Made by a program: the position numbers and the translations under genes
The notes under the pieces: generated by a model
Seen by the model: only the letters and a program-made list of their open reading frames with translations
What the model was told of the DNA's origin: nothing
Database searches by the model: none
NCBI RefSeq assembly: GCF_044704955.1
Contig: NC_091977.1
Location: 261,702,001-261,766,000, forward strand
Length of the DNA stretch: 64,000 bases
Direction: 5' to 3'
Source: Pristiophorus japonicus
Lineage: Eukaryota
In this document: positions 27,001 to 37,649 of the stretch, piece after piece
Position numbering within the stretch: position 1 is the stretch's first letter
Layout of the letters: each line of letters opens with the position of its first letter

Positions 27001-28666
27001 TGCCCTTAAAGGTCCCGACACCTGGTTGAAAAAGTGGCTCGAATTTTTTAGGACCTGTGAGCATGAACTTCGCTCCACAGATGAAATGGCGTGCACATCC
27101 CCCCCATTTCCAGTTCATCTCGGCTAGCCAGCTCCTCCCCAAGTGCGCGGGACCATTCCCCGGGACAATCCAGCCGGTTCTCCGATCCATTGTGTGTGAC
27201 CACCAAGTTTGCACTGCCTAGTACTGGGATGATCTCTCTGGTGTACATCCGTAGCTACGTGTCAATGCGTTCCAGTTTGGGCCTGTTAGCTTTGAGTGGC
27301 CATAATTATTCAAATTGTTGGGCACTCATAAGTGACTGGCTGGCTCCTGTGTCCAGCTCCATGCGTACTGGGATGCCATTTAATAGAACTTTCATAATCA
27401 TAGGTGGCGTTTTGGTGTACGAGCTGTGGATATCTGCCACATGAACCCGCTGGACTTCAGCGTCCATAGCTTTGCCCCAAGCATCACCCTGCCTTGCAGA
27501 CCCCTCGTCAGGTTCCTCTGCCTCGTAAACTAGACTCGCTACGGGCTTTCTGCAAATTCTGGCCAGATGTCCACTGAAGTTACAGTTTCTACAGATAAAT
27601 TGTTGAAATCTACAGGTTTTCGCAGCATGTCTGCCACCGCACCTCCAGCATGGGCTGAGATTGTTGTGAATAAAGGAACTATTACCAGGCATTCCTCTCT
27701 GATTGTCTCTGTGATTACTCCTGAGCACGCTGTTGCTGAGTGTCAATGGTCCCATCCCAGGACGCATTGTCCCTTGTTTTGCCAATTGCGTGAATTGCCA
27801 ATCCCCCTGCCATTGTCTCTGTTGCTGGCCCACCCTCGAGCCTGTTGCTGCCTGGGCAGTGTTGAATTACCGTTGCCCTTTTGTGGCGTTGTGTCTCGTT
27901 TACAATGTTAACTCCCTGGTCCATCGCCAGGTTGGAACCAGGGCTGCGCACATAAATTATCTTGGTCTCCTCTTCCCCTGCCATGAAGGTCTGAGCTATC
28001 AGCGTTGCCCTTTCCAAAGTCAAGTCCTTGGTCTCAATACGCTTCCTGAAAATCCCGGCAGGACCAATGCCCTCAATGAACAAATCCCTTAACATCTCCC
28101 CCCTGCAGGCGTCTGTGAACTTAAAGAGGATGGCCAAACGCCGAAGGTCCGCAATGAAGTCCGATATGCTTTGTCCCCCCCGATGCCAGTGTGTAAAGAA
28201 CTGGTGCCGGGCCATGTGTATACTGCTCGCCGGTTTGAGGTGCTCACTGATCAGAGTGCTGTGCTCTTCAAAGGACTTGTCCACCGGCTTCTCGGGTGCT
28301 AGCAGGTCTTTCATCAGCGCATACGTCTTGGATCCACAGCTGGTCAGTAGATGCGCCCTCTGTTTGCCAGTCCTTTGTGACAAAGCTCTGCTGGAGCCTC
28401 TCAGTGAAATCGTCCCAGTCCTCACCAACACAGTACCGTTCCTCTGTGCAATCGGTGACCATCCTCATGGGTCATTGATTCCCGTTTCTCGTCGCCAAAT
28501 GTCGTGTCCTTATACCTTACTATAGAATCACATGAGGCATGTACTGTAGACAAGGTCACTGTGTGACCTGAACCTTTATTCCCAGGACCAAGAAGTGCTG
28601 ACCCTGCGTGGGACCTCCCTTTATATACCTGGATGACCAGGTGAGGAGTGTCTCCCACAAGTTCAC
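24019..28666 (-). mobile_element. Gypsy (Mag-like) LTR retrotransposon, full gag-pol pseudogene, 5' LTR truncated
   Basis: Direct LTRs at 24019-24278 and partial 28500-28666. PPT adjacent to 24279; PBS (reverse complement CTCGTCGCCA) at 28488-28497. Gag, two CCHC knuckles, LDTGAS, RT, RNase H and integrase appear in Gypsy order. Confidence 0.93.
24303..25292 (-). pseudogene. Gypsy integrase (rve) region
   Basis: HVDYAG, VVDAY..WIE, VSDNG, SN.QADRAVQ (catalytic E altered to D). Ends RRSMRECRPPERLNL. Confidence 0.85.
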
Positions 28667-29065
28667 AGCGTGAATGTTACCTGCCATTTGTCAGCCCAAG
28701 CCTGGATGTTACCCAGGGTCTGTTGCAGGCTAGCAGGAACCGCTTCATTACCAGAGGAGTGGTGAATGGAAGACAACACTGTAGAATCTACAGTGAATAA
28801 TCTCACTCTTGAATTTTTGATCGAGAGAAGGTTATTGATCAAGCATTTATCGATAATTGGACTAAAACTCTGCTCAGATGAACTAAACCAATGCTTTGAG
28901 ACGGTGATGATTACCCTTGGACAACCATCACTATTTTCCTGTGTTTCAGGGTCCCCCACTGACCTCTGTTTTGTTAGGGTATCTTGGTGTTACTACTAGA
29001 CAGTCCCTTGTGACAACAATGACGCTCTTCACACCAAAAAGATGGGCTCGCAGGTATTACAATGA

Positions 29066-29240
29066 GTTACATCTTAAAGGGTGGAAGATGCCTGTGCGTG
29101 GATTTTTTTAACGTGTGGTAACCATTGCACACCAGCCACCACACGGGCTTGACAGAGCTAGGTCTTGGTCCACTGACGAGGATTGACCAAGACGATTGGA
29201 GACCATCTCTGTTGCGCCTCCCCTGGGCCCCGACCCCGCT
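29066..29240 (-). mobile_element. Fragment of RTE-tailed SINE
   Basis: Strong match to 37100-37250 (AAGGGTGGAAGATGCCTGTGCGTGGATTTTTTTAAC...CACACCAGCCACCACACGGGCTT). Confidence 0.8.
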
Positions 29241-30500
29241 GTTGTTAAATGCTGCGCCGTTCCTGGGCCACGGTCCCAATGCTGTTAAATGCTGCGCCGT
29301 TCCTGGGCCACGGTCCCAATGCTGTTAAATGCTGCGCCGTTCCTGGGCCACGGTCCCAATGCTGTTAAATGCTGCGCCGTTCCTGGGCCACGGTCCCAAT
29401 GCTGTTAAATGCTGCGCCGTTCCTGGGCCACGGTCCCAATGCTGTTAAATGCTGCGCCGTTCCTGGGCCACGGTCCCAATGCTGTTAAATGCTGCGCCGT
29501 TCCTGGGCCACGGTCCCAATGCTGTTAAATGCTGCACCGTTCCTGGGCCACGGTCTCAATGCTGTTAAATGCTGCACCATTCCTGGGCTGTGGTCCCGAC
29601 GCTGTTAAATGCTGCGCCGTTCCTGGGCCACGGTCCCAATGCTGTTAAATGCTGCACCATTCCTGGGCCATGGTCCCGACGCTGTTAAATGCTGCACCAT
29701 TCCTGGGCCATGGTCCCAATGCTGTTAAATGCTGCGCCGTTCCTGGGCCACGGTCCCAATGCTGTTAAATGCTGCGCCGTTCCTGGGCCATGGTCCCAAT
29801 GCTGTTAAATGCTGCACCATTCCTGGGCTGTGGTCCCGACGCTGTTAAATGCTGCGCCGTTCCTGGGCCACGGTCCCAATGCTGTTAAATGCTGCGCCGT
29901 TCCTGGGCCACGGTCCCAATGCTGTTAAATGCTGCACCATTCCTGGGCCATGGTCCCGACGCTGTTAAATGCTGCACCATTCCTGGGCCATGGTCCCAAT
30001 GCTGTTAAATGCTGCACCATTCCTGGGCCATGGTCCCGATGCTGTTAAATGCTGCACCATTCCTGGGCTGTGGTCCCGACGCTGTTAAATGCTGCACCAT
30101 TCCTGGGCCGTGGTCCCGACGCTGTTAAATGCTGCACCATTCCTGGGCCGTGGTCCCGACGCTGTTAAATGCTGCACCATTCCTGGGCTGTGGTCCCGAC
30201 GCTGTTAAATGCTGCACCATTCCTGGGCCGTGGTCCCGACGCTGTTAAATGCTGCACCATTCCTGGGCTGTGGTCCCGACGCTGTTAAATGCTGCACCAT
30301 TCCTGGGCCATGGTCCCGATGCTGTTAAATGCTGCACCATTCCTGGGCCATGGTCCCAATGCTGTTAAATGCTGCACCATTCCTGGGCCATGGTCCCAAT
30401 GCTGTTAAATGCTGCGCCGTTCCTGGGCCATGGTCCCGATGCTGTTAAATGCTGCGCCGTTCCTGGGCCATGGCCCCTACGCTGTTAAATACTGTGCTGT
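29241..30500. repeat. 40-bp minisatellite, 31 full units plus a partial unit
   Basis: Unit GCTGTTAAATGCTGCRCCRTTCCTGGGCYRYGGTCCCRAY in perfect register over 29241-30480, with no spacers. Confidence 0.97.
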
Positions 30501-31257
30501 CCCTCGCTGGGCTCGACCGCCTTCCCTCTTGTTACACTCAGTCAAATGCTGCTTTGATGTCGAGGGCAGCTACTCGCCCATCTCCTCCGTCATTCGGCTC
30601 GAGCCCATAACTCGATCATGTCTGAAGCTGAGTGGTTCTGGCGGAATCTGAAGTGAGTTTTGCCGAATAGGGAGCAGGTAATGGTTGATGGCACCCTTGA
30701 TGACTTCTTTCATCCCTTTCCTGGTAAGTTATAGAAGTCTGAGGAGACATTAATTGACTGGGTTAAATATGTCCTCCCTTTTGTAAATGTGATGTATGTG
30801 GACAATATTCCACATTGTCAGCTAGATGCTAATGTCAGATGCAATAGCAATAGTTTGGCTGCGGGAATGGTTCATTCTGATGCTCAGGTGTGATGCACTA
30901 CAACTGGAATATTATCAGGATGTATAACCTTCACTGTGTCCAGTGTACTCAGCTACTTAATTTCATGTAATACAAACTGAATTGTTAGGATGTTGACATT
31001 TTTGATGGTGGGTGCCTTGTGATGAGGCTAAGTGGGATTGTCCGTTTGGCATTTTTGGCGGAAGATGCTTCAATCATGTTTCTTAACCTTGTGTGCAGGA
31101 CTCTGCCATGGTTGATAATGGGGATGTTCATCAATATGTCTCTTGTTAGTTGACTAATTGGCCAATACCATTGTCAACTGGATAGGGCTACAGAGCACTG
31201 GTCTGATCTGGATATGTGTTTGTCTAGTTCTCCATAGCCTCCTGGATTTGGTGTTGA

Positions 31258-31700
31258 AAGAAATAGTATATTTATATAGCATCTTTAATGACCTCAGGAC
31301 ATACCAAAACACATTATAGCCAACTGAGTATCTGTGAGTGTAGTCACTGTTGTAATGTAGGTAAAAGCAGTAGCAAATGTGCGCACAGCAAGATAACACA
31401 AATGGCAATGAGATAAGTTACCGGATAATCTGTTTTTGGTGGTTTTGGTTGAGGAATAAATGCTGGCCAGGACACCAGAAGAACTCCTATTCTTTAATTG
31501 CTCTCCTGCTCTCCTTCAAATGGTGACATGGCACCTTACATTCACCTGAGAGATTAATGTTTCATCCAAAAGATGATGCTTAGACAGTGCAGCACTGCTT
31601 TAGAACTGCACAGAAGAGTTAGCCTACATTACCGTGTTCAAGGTACTGGAGTGGATCTTTTGTCTCAGAGACAGGAACGTGGCCACGGAGCCAAGGCTCA
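31258..31700 (-). mobile_element. Degenerate Deu-SINE
   Basis: Collinear with 13584-14040 (ATTTATATAGC..., GGCCAGGACACC, ACAGTGCAG). Confidence 0.75.
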
Positions 31701-31914
31701 CACATAATGCATAAGCCTGCAGATAGACCTGTGTTATAGATTCACTCGGTTAATGCCTCTTTCTAAGGTATGTATAGTGCTGCTCCTTGTTTAATTCTCT
31801 AGCTTAATGGTGATGGAGAAGTGAATCAGCCATTAGGTAATAAATTGGAGTAGTGTACAATTCTGACACTAGGTTGGTGAGGACAAAGTCAAGTGTTGAT
31901 GCAAGCCCAATCTG

Positions 31915-32043
31915 CCCACCACATTTCCTACTTCACATCTGTGACTGCACTTCTGTGCAAAAAAGTACTTAATTGGCTGTAAAGCACTTTGGGACATCTG
32001 GTGGTCGTGAAAGGCATGAAATAAATGCAAGTTTGTTTCCTTC
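31915..32043 (+). mobile_element. Deu-SINE 3' tail fragment
   Basis: AAGTACTTAATTGGCTGTAAAGCACTTTG...AATGCAAGT, as in 15750-15820. Confidence 0.7.
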
Positions 32044-32323
32044 TGTAATGTATGCACCTGTAAATATGCTCACAGGTTTGTAGAGCTGTTGTCTTGTGAG
32101 TGGCTTAGCCAGTCACGTGATGTTCACAAGACTCAATAAAATCCCAGTCAGTTGCGTCTAGGTCATCCATGATGAAGTATGGAGTTGTGAGCCTAGTGGA
32201 TGAACTGGTAATGTGTAGTGTGATTGTTAAACCCTTATTAATAAGCCAACAAGTTCAAGTTCTTAATAGCAATGTGTTGCTTAGAATTCTTAAGCAAATA
32301 ACCCATGAAGCAAATATATTACA
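32044..32323. mobile_element. Solo LTR
   Basis: TGTAAT...ATTACA termini, internal AATAAA, flanks CCTTC/CCATC (5-bp TSD with one mismatch). Confidence 0.7.
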
Positions 32324-32869
32324 CCATCCTTCCCCACCCCCTCTCTCTCTCTCTCTCTGCCTCCCTCCTTTGGGACTTGATCAGCTCCAATCAGTGAAGA
32401 TGCCAATGAACCACTCTTGGTGGACATTGAAGTTCTTCATCTTGAATACATTTTGTGCCACTGCTTCCCTCAGTGCTTCCCCTAAGTGTGTTCAACATAG
32501 AGTTGTGCAGGTGAAAGAGGGGGACAGTAGTTGGTAATGAGTAGGAGGTTGCCTTGGCTAGACTAGTGGCCTGGAATGGATATTGATTACTCCCAGTGCC
32601 ATGTCCACCAGATTTCATACCACTATCCCTGCCCTCTCTTCCTCAGTAGGTCTCTCCTGCTGAATGGACAGGAAATATCAAGGGATGGTGTTGGCTGTTG
32701 TTTGACTATTCACTGGGACAATTCTTCCAATTTGGGTAGCAATCCCTGGATTTTGCTGACAAAGGACATTGTAGGGTTAATTGAGCTGCGATTGCCCAAG
32801 TTTGTCCTCATCCAAAATAACAATTTTCTCAGACAGGTCTGTCAGATATTTCTCCTCTTGTTTGTCTGC

Positions 32870-33140
32870 TTCTGGCTTGCTGGTTACTTCAGAGTGATGA
32901 TTCAACCACATATTAGGGTACTGGAGTCGCATGTGGGCCAGACCGGATACCCTTCCTCTGAAGGACATTAGTGAATCAGTCATGTTTTGATGACAATCTG
33001 GCACCTCGAATGCTCTTCTTTTTTTGGTGCTAAACTTCAAATATCTACTTCATTGAATTCAGTTTTAGGACATGCTATAGTATGATGTAAACTCGTGAAT
33101 CTGGGTTGCTAGACTAATGACATGACCCCTAGACTACTGT
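32870..33140 (-). mobile_element. Degenerate SINE (third family)
   Basis: Reverse complement has a tRNA-like head and a CACTAATGTCCTTC..GGTCTGGCCCACATGCGACTCCAG core. Identified from recalled chondrichthyan repeat only. Confidence 0.45.
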
Positions 33141-33580
33141 ACCCATATCACAGTTTCCAGTAGTAGAATACAGACACTTAACATGGTCGTTTGACATTCC
33201 TCTGTCCACTATTTCTATTGAGTCATTCAACTGTTCAGAGGTTAATATCGCCATTACTATAATATGCAGATAAATTTCACAGAAAAGAATTAAACATTCA
33301 TGTATTAACATTGCAAACACTAAGTTCTAGTTTCATATTGCTACTTTATATTATATACAACAATAATTGCAGTCTTTGTAATCTACAAAAATAGTGTTTT
33401 AAACAGATAAAGCCAAAGAGGTTAGATTTCCAGATAATCCCTCACCAATGATCCACGATATAGTGTGTCAGTCAGTCCGTTGTGCTTTTAAAACACTCAT
33501 GTAAAAATGAGATTCACTGTGGCAATTTGGCTTGAATATGATTTGAAATCATCAACTGCATTAATTTTAATTTTAATATT

Positions 33581-33952
33581 GCCATTTTTCATTGAACAAC
33601 TCCAATATTAACTGGCTTGTATGTTTACAGTTAGTGACAGATAGATTTTTGGATAATAGATGTCAGAATTATTTATTTATTTTACACTGCATCGTGTTAC
33701 AGTGTTAATACTGCTGTGTTTGGTTTAGAACAACTACATTTTATTTTACTCCGGCAATTCTGGTCAATTTCCAGAATTGCCGGAGTAAAATAAAATGTAG
33801 TTGTTCTAAACCAACACAGCAGTATTAACACTGTAACACGATGCAGTGTAAAATAAATAAATAATTCTGACATCTATTATCCAAAAATCTATCTGTCACT
33901 AACTGTAAACATACAAGCCAGTTAGTATTGGAGTTGTTCAATGAAAAATGGC
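33581..33952. repeat. Near-perfect long palindrome (183/182-bp arms, 7-nt loop)
   Basis: 33581-33763 is the reverse complement of 33771-33952 except for one substitution and one 1-nt indel. Loop TCAATTT. Confidence 0.97.
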
Positions 33953-34378
33953 TGGTTCATGCTCACCTTTGATTCAGAGGTTATATGTTCAAACCTCAGT
34001 CCAGAATTAGAGCACGTAATCTAGTCTGACACCAATCCAGTGCTGAGGAGCTGTTGTATTGCTAGACATGTCATCTTTTGAATAAGACATTAAACTGGAA
34101 GTTCTGCCTGGGTGCTCTGGAAGCTCAGGTAGATTTTAAGATCCCATTGCATTATTCAAATAACAACAGGGAGTTTTCCCTTGACTGGGCCAGCAATCTT
34201 CCCTTAATCAACAGCAGCAAGGACAGATTAACTGGTTATTGACCTCACTGCTGTTTATAGGAGTTTGCTGTATGCTAATGCATTCTCCATTTGTCATTGA
34301 TCTTCAGAATAATTTATTGTATGTTGAAGTCATTGAGATGAAATAAAGTGCTATGTCAATATAAGTATTTGTTCTTCC
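33953..34378 (+). mobile_element. Degenerate Deu-SINE lacking its extreme 5' end
   Basis: Collinear with 15385-15830 (GTTCAAACC, CTGACAC, AAGATCCCAT). Confidence 0.7.
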
Positions 34379-34454
34379 TGTCTTTGAGATATATACAATT
34401 GAATATGTAACTCATGGGCAGGAGCCTGAAAAAAGATCATCTGTTTATACTTAA

Positions 34455-34685
34455 TGGGTGAGAGTTTCTGCCTCTACCACCCCTTCAGACAGTGAGTTCT
34501 AGACCCCCGGGTGATGAAATTTCCCCTCAAATCCCCTCTAAATCTCCCACCAATTACTTTAAATCTATGCCCCTGGTTGTTGACCCCTCTGCTAAGGAAA
34601 ATAGGTACTTCCTATTCACTCTATCTAGGCTCCTCATAATTTTATACACTTCAATAAGGTCTCAGCCTCCTCTGTTCCAAAGAAA
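34455..34685 (-). mobile_element. CR1 LINE 3' fragment
   Basis: Matches 53515-53755 (CCAATTACTTTAAATCTATGCCCC). Confidence 0.75.
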
Positions 34686-34689
34686 AGCT

Positions 34690-35110
34690 AAAGAGCCGGC
34701 CTCTGAGTTCCTTAAGAGAAAAAAAGTCAGTAAAAAAATCCACTAAAAACATTCCTAATATCTTGCTCACCCTACATAAACATAAATCGCAAAAAAAAAA
34801 AAACAATCACACTTACCTGATGTATTCATACCTTTCCTCACCGCTGTCGGACCAGCTCGGACCGCCCGCTTTCCCAAGCGGTCGAACGAGTGCACTACGG
34901 CATCAGCGGCAAACAAAAAATCATTGCGATGTTGAAACCGGAGGCGTTGCACACCGGCTCGATGCCCCCAGGTGGTACTGGTCATTGCCGCCAACACCAG
35001 CACACTGAATGTTCCGAGCGGCACAAATGCCAGCGCTCGCTGCACCAACCCCTTTCGCACCCCGGTTCCGACCCTTTTGAGGGGCGCAAAGCGAACAAAT
35101 TTTCTAACCC
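34690..35110. mobile_element. Truncated Harbinger-like MITE
   Basis: GC-rich block ending AATTTTCTAACCC, similar to the other MITE termini. Confidence 0.45.
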
Positions 35111-35968
35111 AATATATTTTTAGATATAGATAAATATTAAATAAAATATAATGTAATTCTGCATGAGTTGAGTTCCAGATCTCACCAAGCCTGAAGGAAA
35201 AAGATTTGCAGGGCGACGGAGAAAAGCCGGGGAATGGGACTATCTGAAGTGCTCTTGCAGAGAGCCAGCTCGGCAGGCCAAATAGCCTTCTTCTGTGCAG
35301 TAACCATTCTATGATTCCAAGCCACTAGGGTCTTTGTCACAGGGAAGCAGACCGTATTGGACGGAGTGTCATACAGGACCACGTGCACAACGGCATGGGT
35401 CTGAAACACATTTCTCAATGTGTCGTATGTTAACATAGAATAGAATGATAGATTTCACCTTATGTCTATCTGCCCGATCTATTAATCCGTTCCTCTCGTT
35501 CCTGCAGTGTGCTTCACAATATTTTTGTTTATATACAAATTTTGATATTGTGCCCCCTATATCCAAATCCAGATCAATATATCAATGTATATAATGTTGG
35601 AAATCTCTGGGTCAGGTAGCATCTGTAGAAAGAAAGCTGTAGTCAGAACTGGAGAGTGTTTGGAAATAACATATTCTTAACAAGCACTGAAAGGGGGAGG
35701 GAAAGAAAGAACAAAAGGGAAGGTCTGTGATAGGGTGGAAGGCAGGAGAGATTAGAGAGACAAAAGGGATGATGGGCCGAATTGAAATGGTGATGCCAGG
35801 AGTTAGAAAAACATTAGTCAAGGTAGGGTGTGAATGGCGGGATAATGACCAGCTGCCATTAGAGACAAGGAGAAAAAAAGAAACAAAGCAGGCTCAGGGC
35901 AGAGAGGGGCTGGGGTGGGGGGCCGGGGGGAGGGGGTGCGGGGGAAGGAAGCCAAAGATTTGCAGCGG

Positions 35969-36278
35969 TTACGCTCTGAAATTGTTGAATTCGATGTTGA
36001 GTCCAGAAGGCTGTAAAGTGCCTAAACGAAAGATGAGGTGCTGTTCCTCGAGCTTGTGTTGAGCTTCGCTGAAACAGTGTAGGAGACCGAGGACAGAGAG
36101 GTCAAAGTGGGAGTGGAGAGGAGAATTAAAGTGACAGGCGACCGGAAGCTCAGGGTCACACTTGCGGACTGAACGGAGGTGCTCTGCAAAGTGGTCACCC
36201 AATCTACACTTGGTCTCCCCAGTGTAAAGGAGACCACATCGTGAGCAACGAATACAGTATATTAAATTGAAAGAAGTA
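35969..36278 (-). pseudogene. Penelope GIY-YIG endonuclease C-terminal fragment (inverted copy)
   Basis: NLIYCIRCSRCGLLYTGET..RL..HFAEH...HF...EQHLIFRLGTLQPSGLN. Confidence 0.85.
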
Positions 36279-36997
36279 CCACAGCCACCAACCTCATAGT
36301 TCCCCAACCCCGTTCAGTCCGCTTCTACCTCCTTCCCAAGATTCACAAACAGGACTGCCCCGGTAGATCCATCATTTCAGCCTGTTCTTGCCCCATGGAA
36401 CGTTTTTCTTCCTATCTCGACTCTATTTTTTCTCCACTAGTCCACTCTCTTCCCACCTACATCCGCAACTCCTCTGACACCCTCCGTCACTTTAACAGTT
36501 TCCAGTTTCCTGGCCCCAACTGTCTCCTTTTCACCATGGACGTCTAATCCCATCCCCACAAGGATGGCATGAGGGCGCTCTGCTTCTTCCTCGAGCAGAG
36601 GCCCAACCAGTCTCCATCCATCACCATCCTCCTCCACCTGGCTGAACTTGTTCTCACATTGAACAACTTCTCCTTTAACTCCACTCACTTCCTCTAAATT
36701 AAAGGTGTTGCTATGGGAACCCGCATGGGTCCAAGCTATGCCTGGCTATTCGTGGGATATGTGGAACATTCTTTGTCCCAGTCCTACTCAGGTCCCCTCC
36801 CTCACCTCTTTTTCTGGTACATTGATGACTGTATCGGTGCCATTTCCTGTTCTCGCCTGAACTTGAATATTTCATTCACTTTGCATCCAATTTCCACCCT
36901 TCCCTCACCTTCACATGGTCCATCGCTGACTCTTCCTTTCCCTTCCTCGACTTCTACGTCTCCATCTCTGGGGATAGGCTTTCGACCAGTATCCACT

Positions 36998-37286
36998 CAT
37001 CATAGGCAGTCCTTCGAAATGAGGATGACTTGCTTTCATGCCAAAAAGGGATGAGTTCACAGGTGTTTCAATGAAAGACCTAACATTCTGGATCCTAAAC
37101 TATATCTTGAAGGGTGGAAGATGCCTGTGCGTGGATTTTTTTAACATGTGGTGGCCGTTGCACACCAGCCACCACACGGGCTTAACAGAACTAGGTCTTG
37201 ATCCAGTGGCAAGGATTAACCAAGACAATTGGAGACCAGCTCTGCTGCACGGACCCAGTGCGCACACATATCGCAGTGTGGGCTGG
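36998..37286 (-). mobile_element. RTE-tailed non-autonomous retroelement (SINE), 5'-truncated
   Basis: TSD TCCACT (36992-36997 and 37287-37292). The 3' end (reverse complement AAGCAAGTCATCCTCATTTCGAAGGACTGCCTATGATG) matches the RTE tail at 19656-19700. Confidence 0.85.
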
Positions 37287-37649
37287 TCCACTATATGCCC
37301 ACTGACTCCCACAGCTACCTAGACTACACTTCCTCCCACCCCGCATCCTGCAAGGACTCCATTTCATTCTCCCAGTTTCTCCGTCTCCGCCGCATCTGCT
37401 CTGACAACGCCACTTTTCACACTAGTGCCTCTAACATGTCTTCCTTTTTCCTCAATAGAGGATTCCACTCCGCCGTGGTTAACCTCGACCGTGTCTGTTC
37501 TATTTCTCGTACCTCTGCTCTCACCTTAGGGAGACCAAACGCAGATTGAGTGACCGCTTTGCGGAACACCTCCATTCAGTCCACGAGTGTGACCCTGAGC
37601 TTCCAGTCACCTGTCACTTTAATTCTCCACTCCATTCCCACTCTCCATC

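Larger units (their letters stand above)
23440..31257 (-). mobile_element. Old CR1-group LINE split by Gypsy (24019-28666) and SINE/minisatellite (~29066-30520) insertions
   Basis: ORF 28663..28959 LGNIQAWADKWQVTF continues across the Gypsy into 24018 (QAMIISNKR). LDIKAAFD is encoded at ~30541-30564 on the minus strand. Confidence 0.65.

Noticed and set aside
29241-30500. CRISPR array
   Set aside because: Units are contiguous with no unique spacers, there are no cas genes, and the context is eukaryotic; it is a minisatellite.
35593-36278. Inverted duplication at the Penelope 5' end as a novelty
   Set aside because: Inverted partial terminal repeats are an established feature of Penelope-like insertions.
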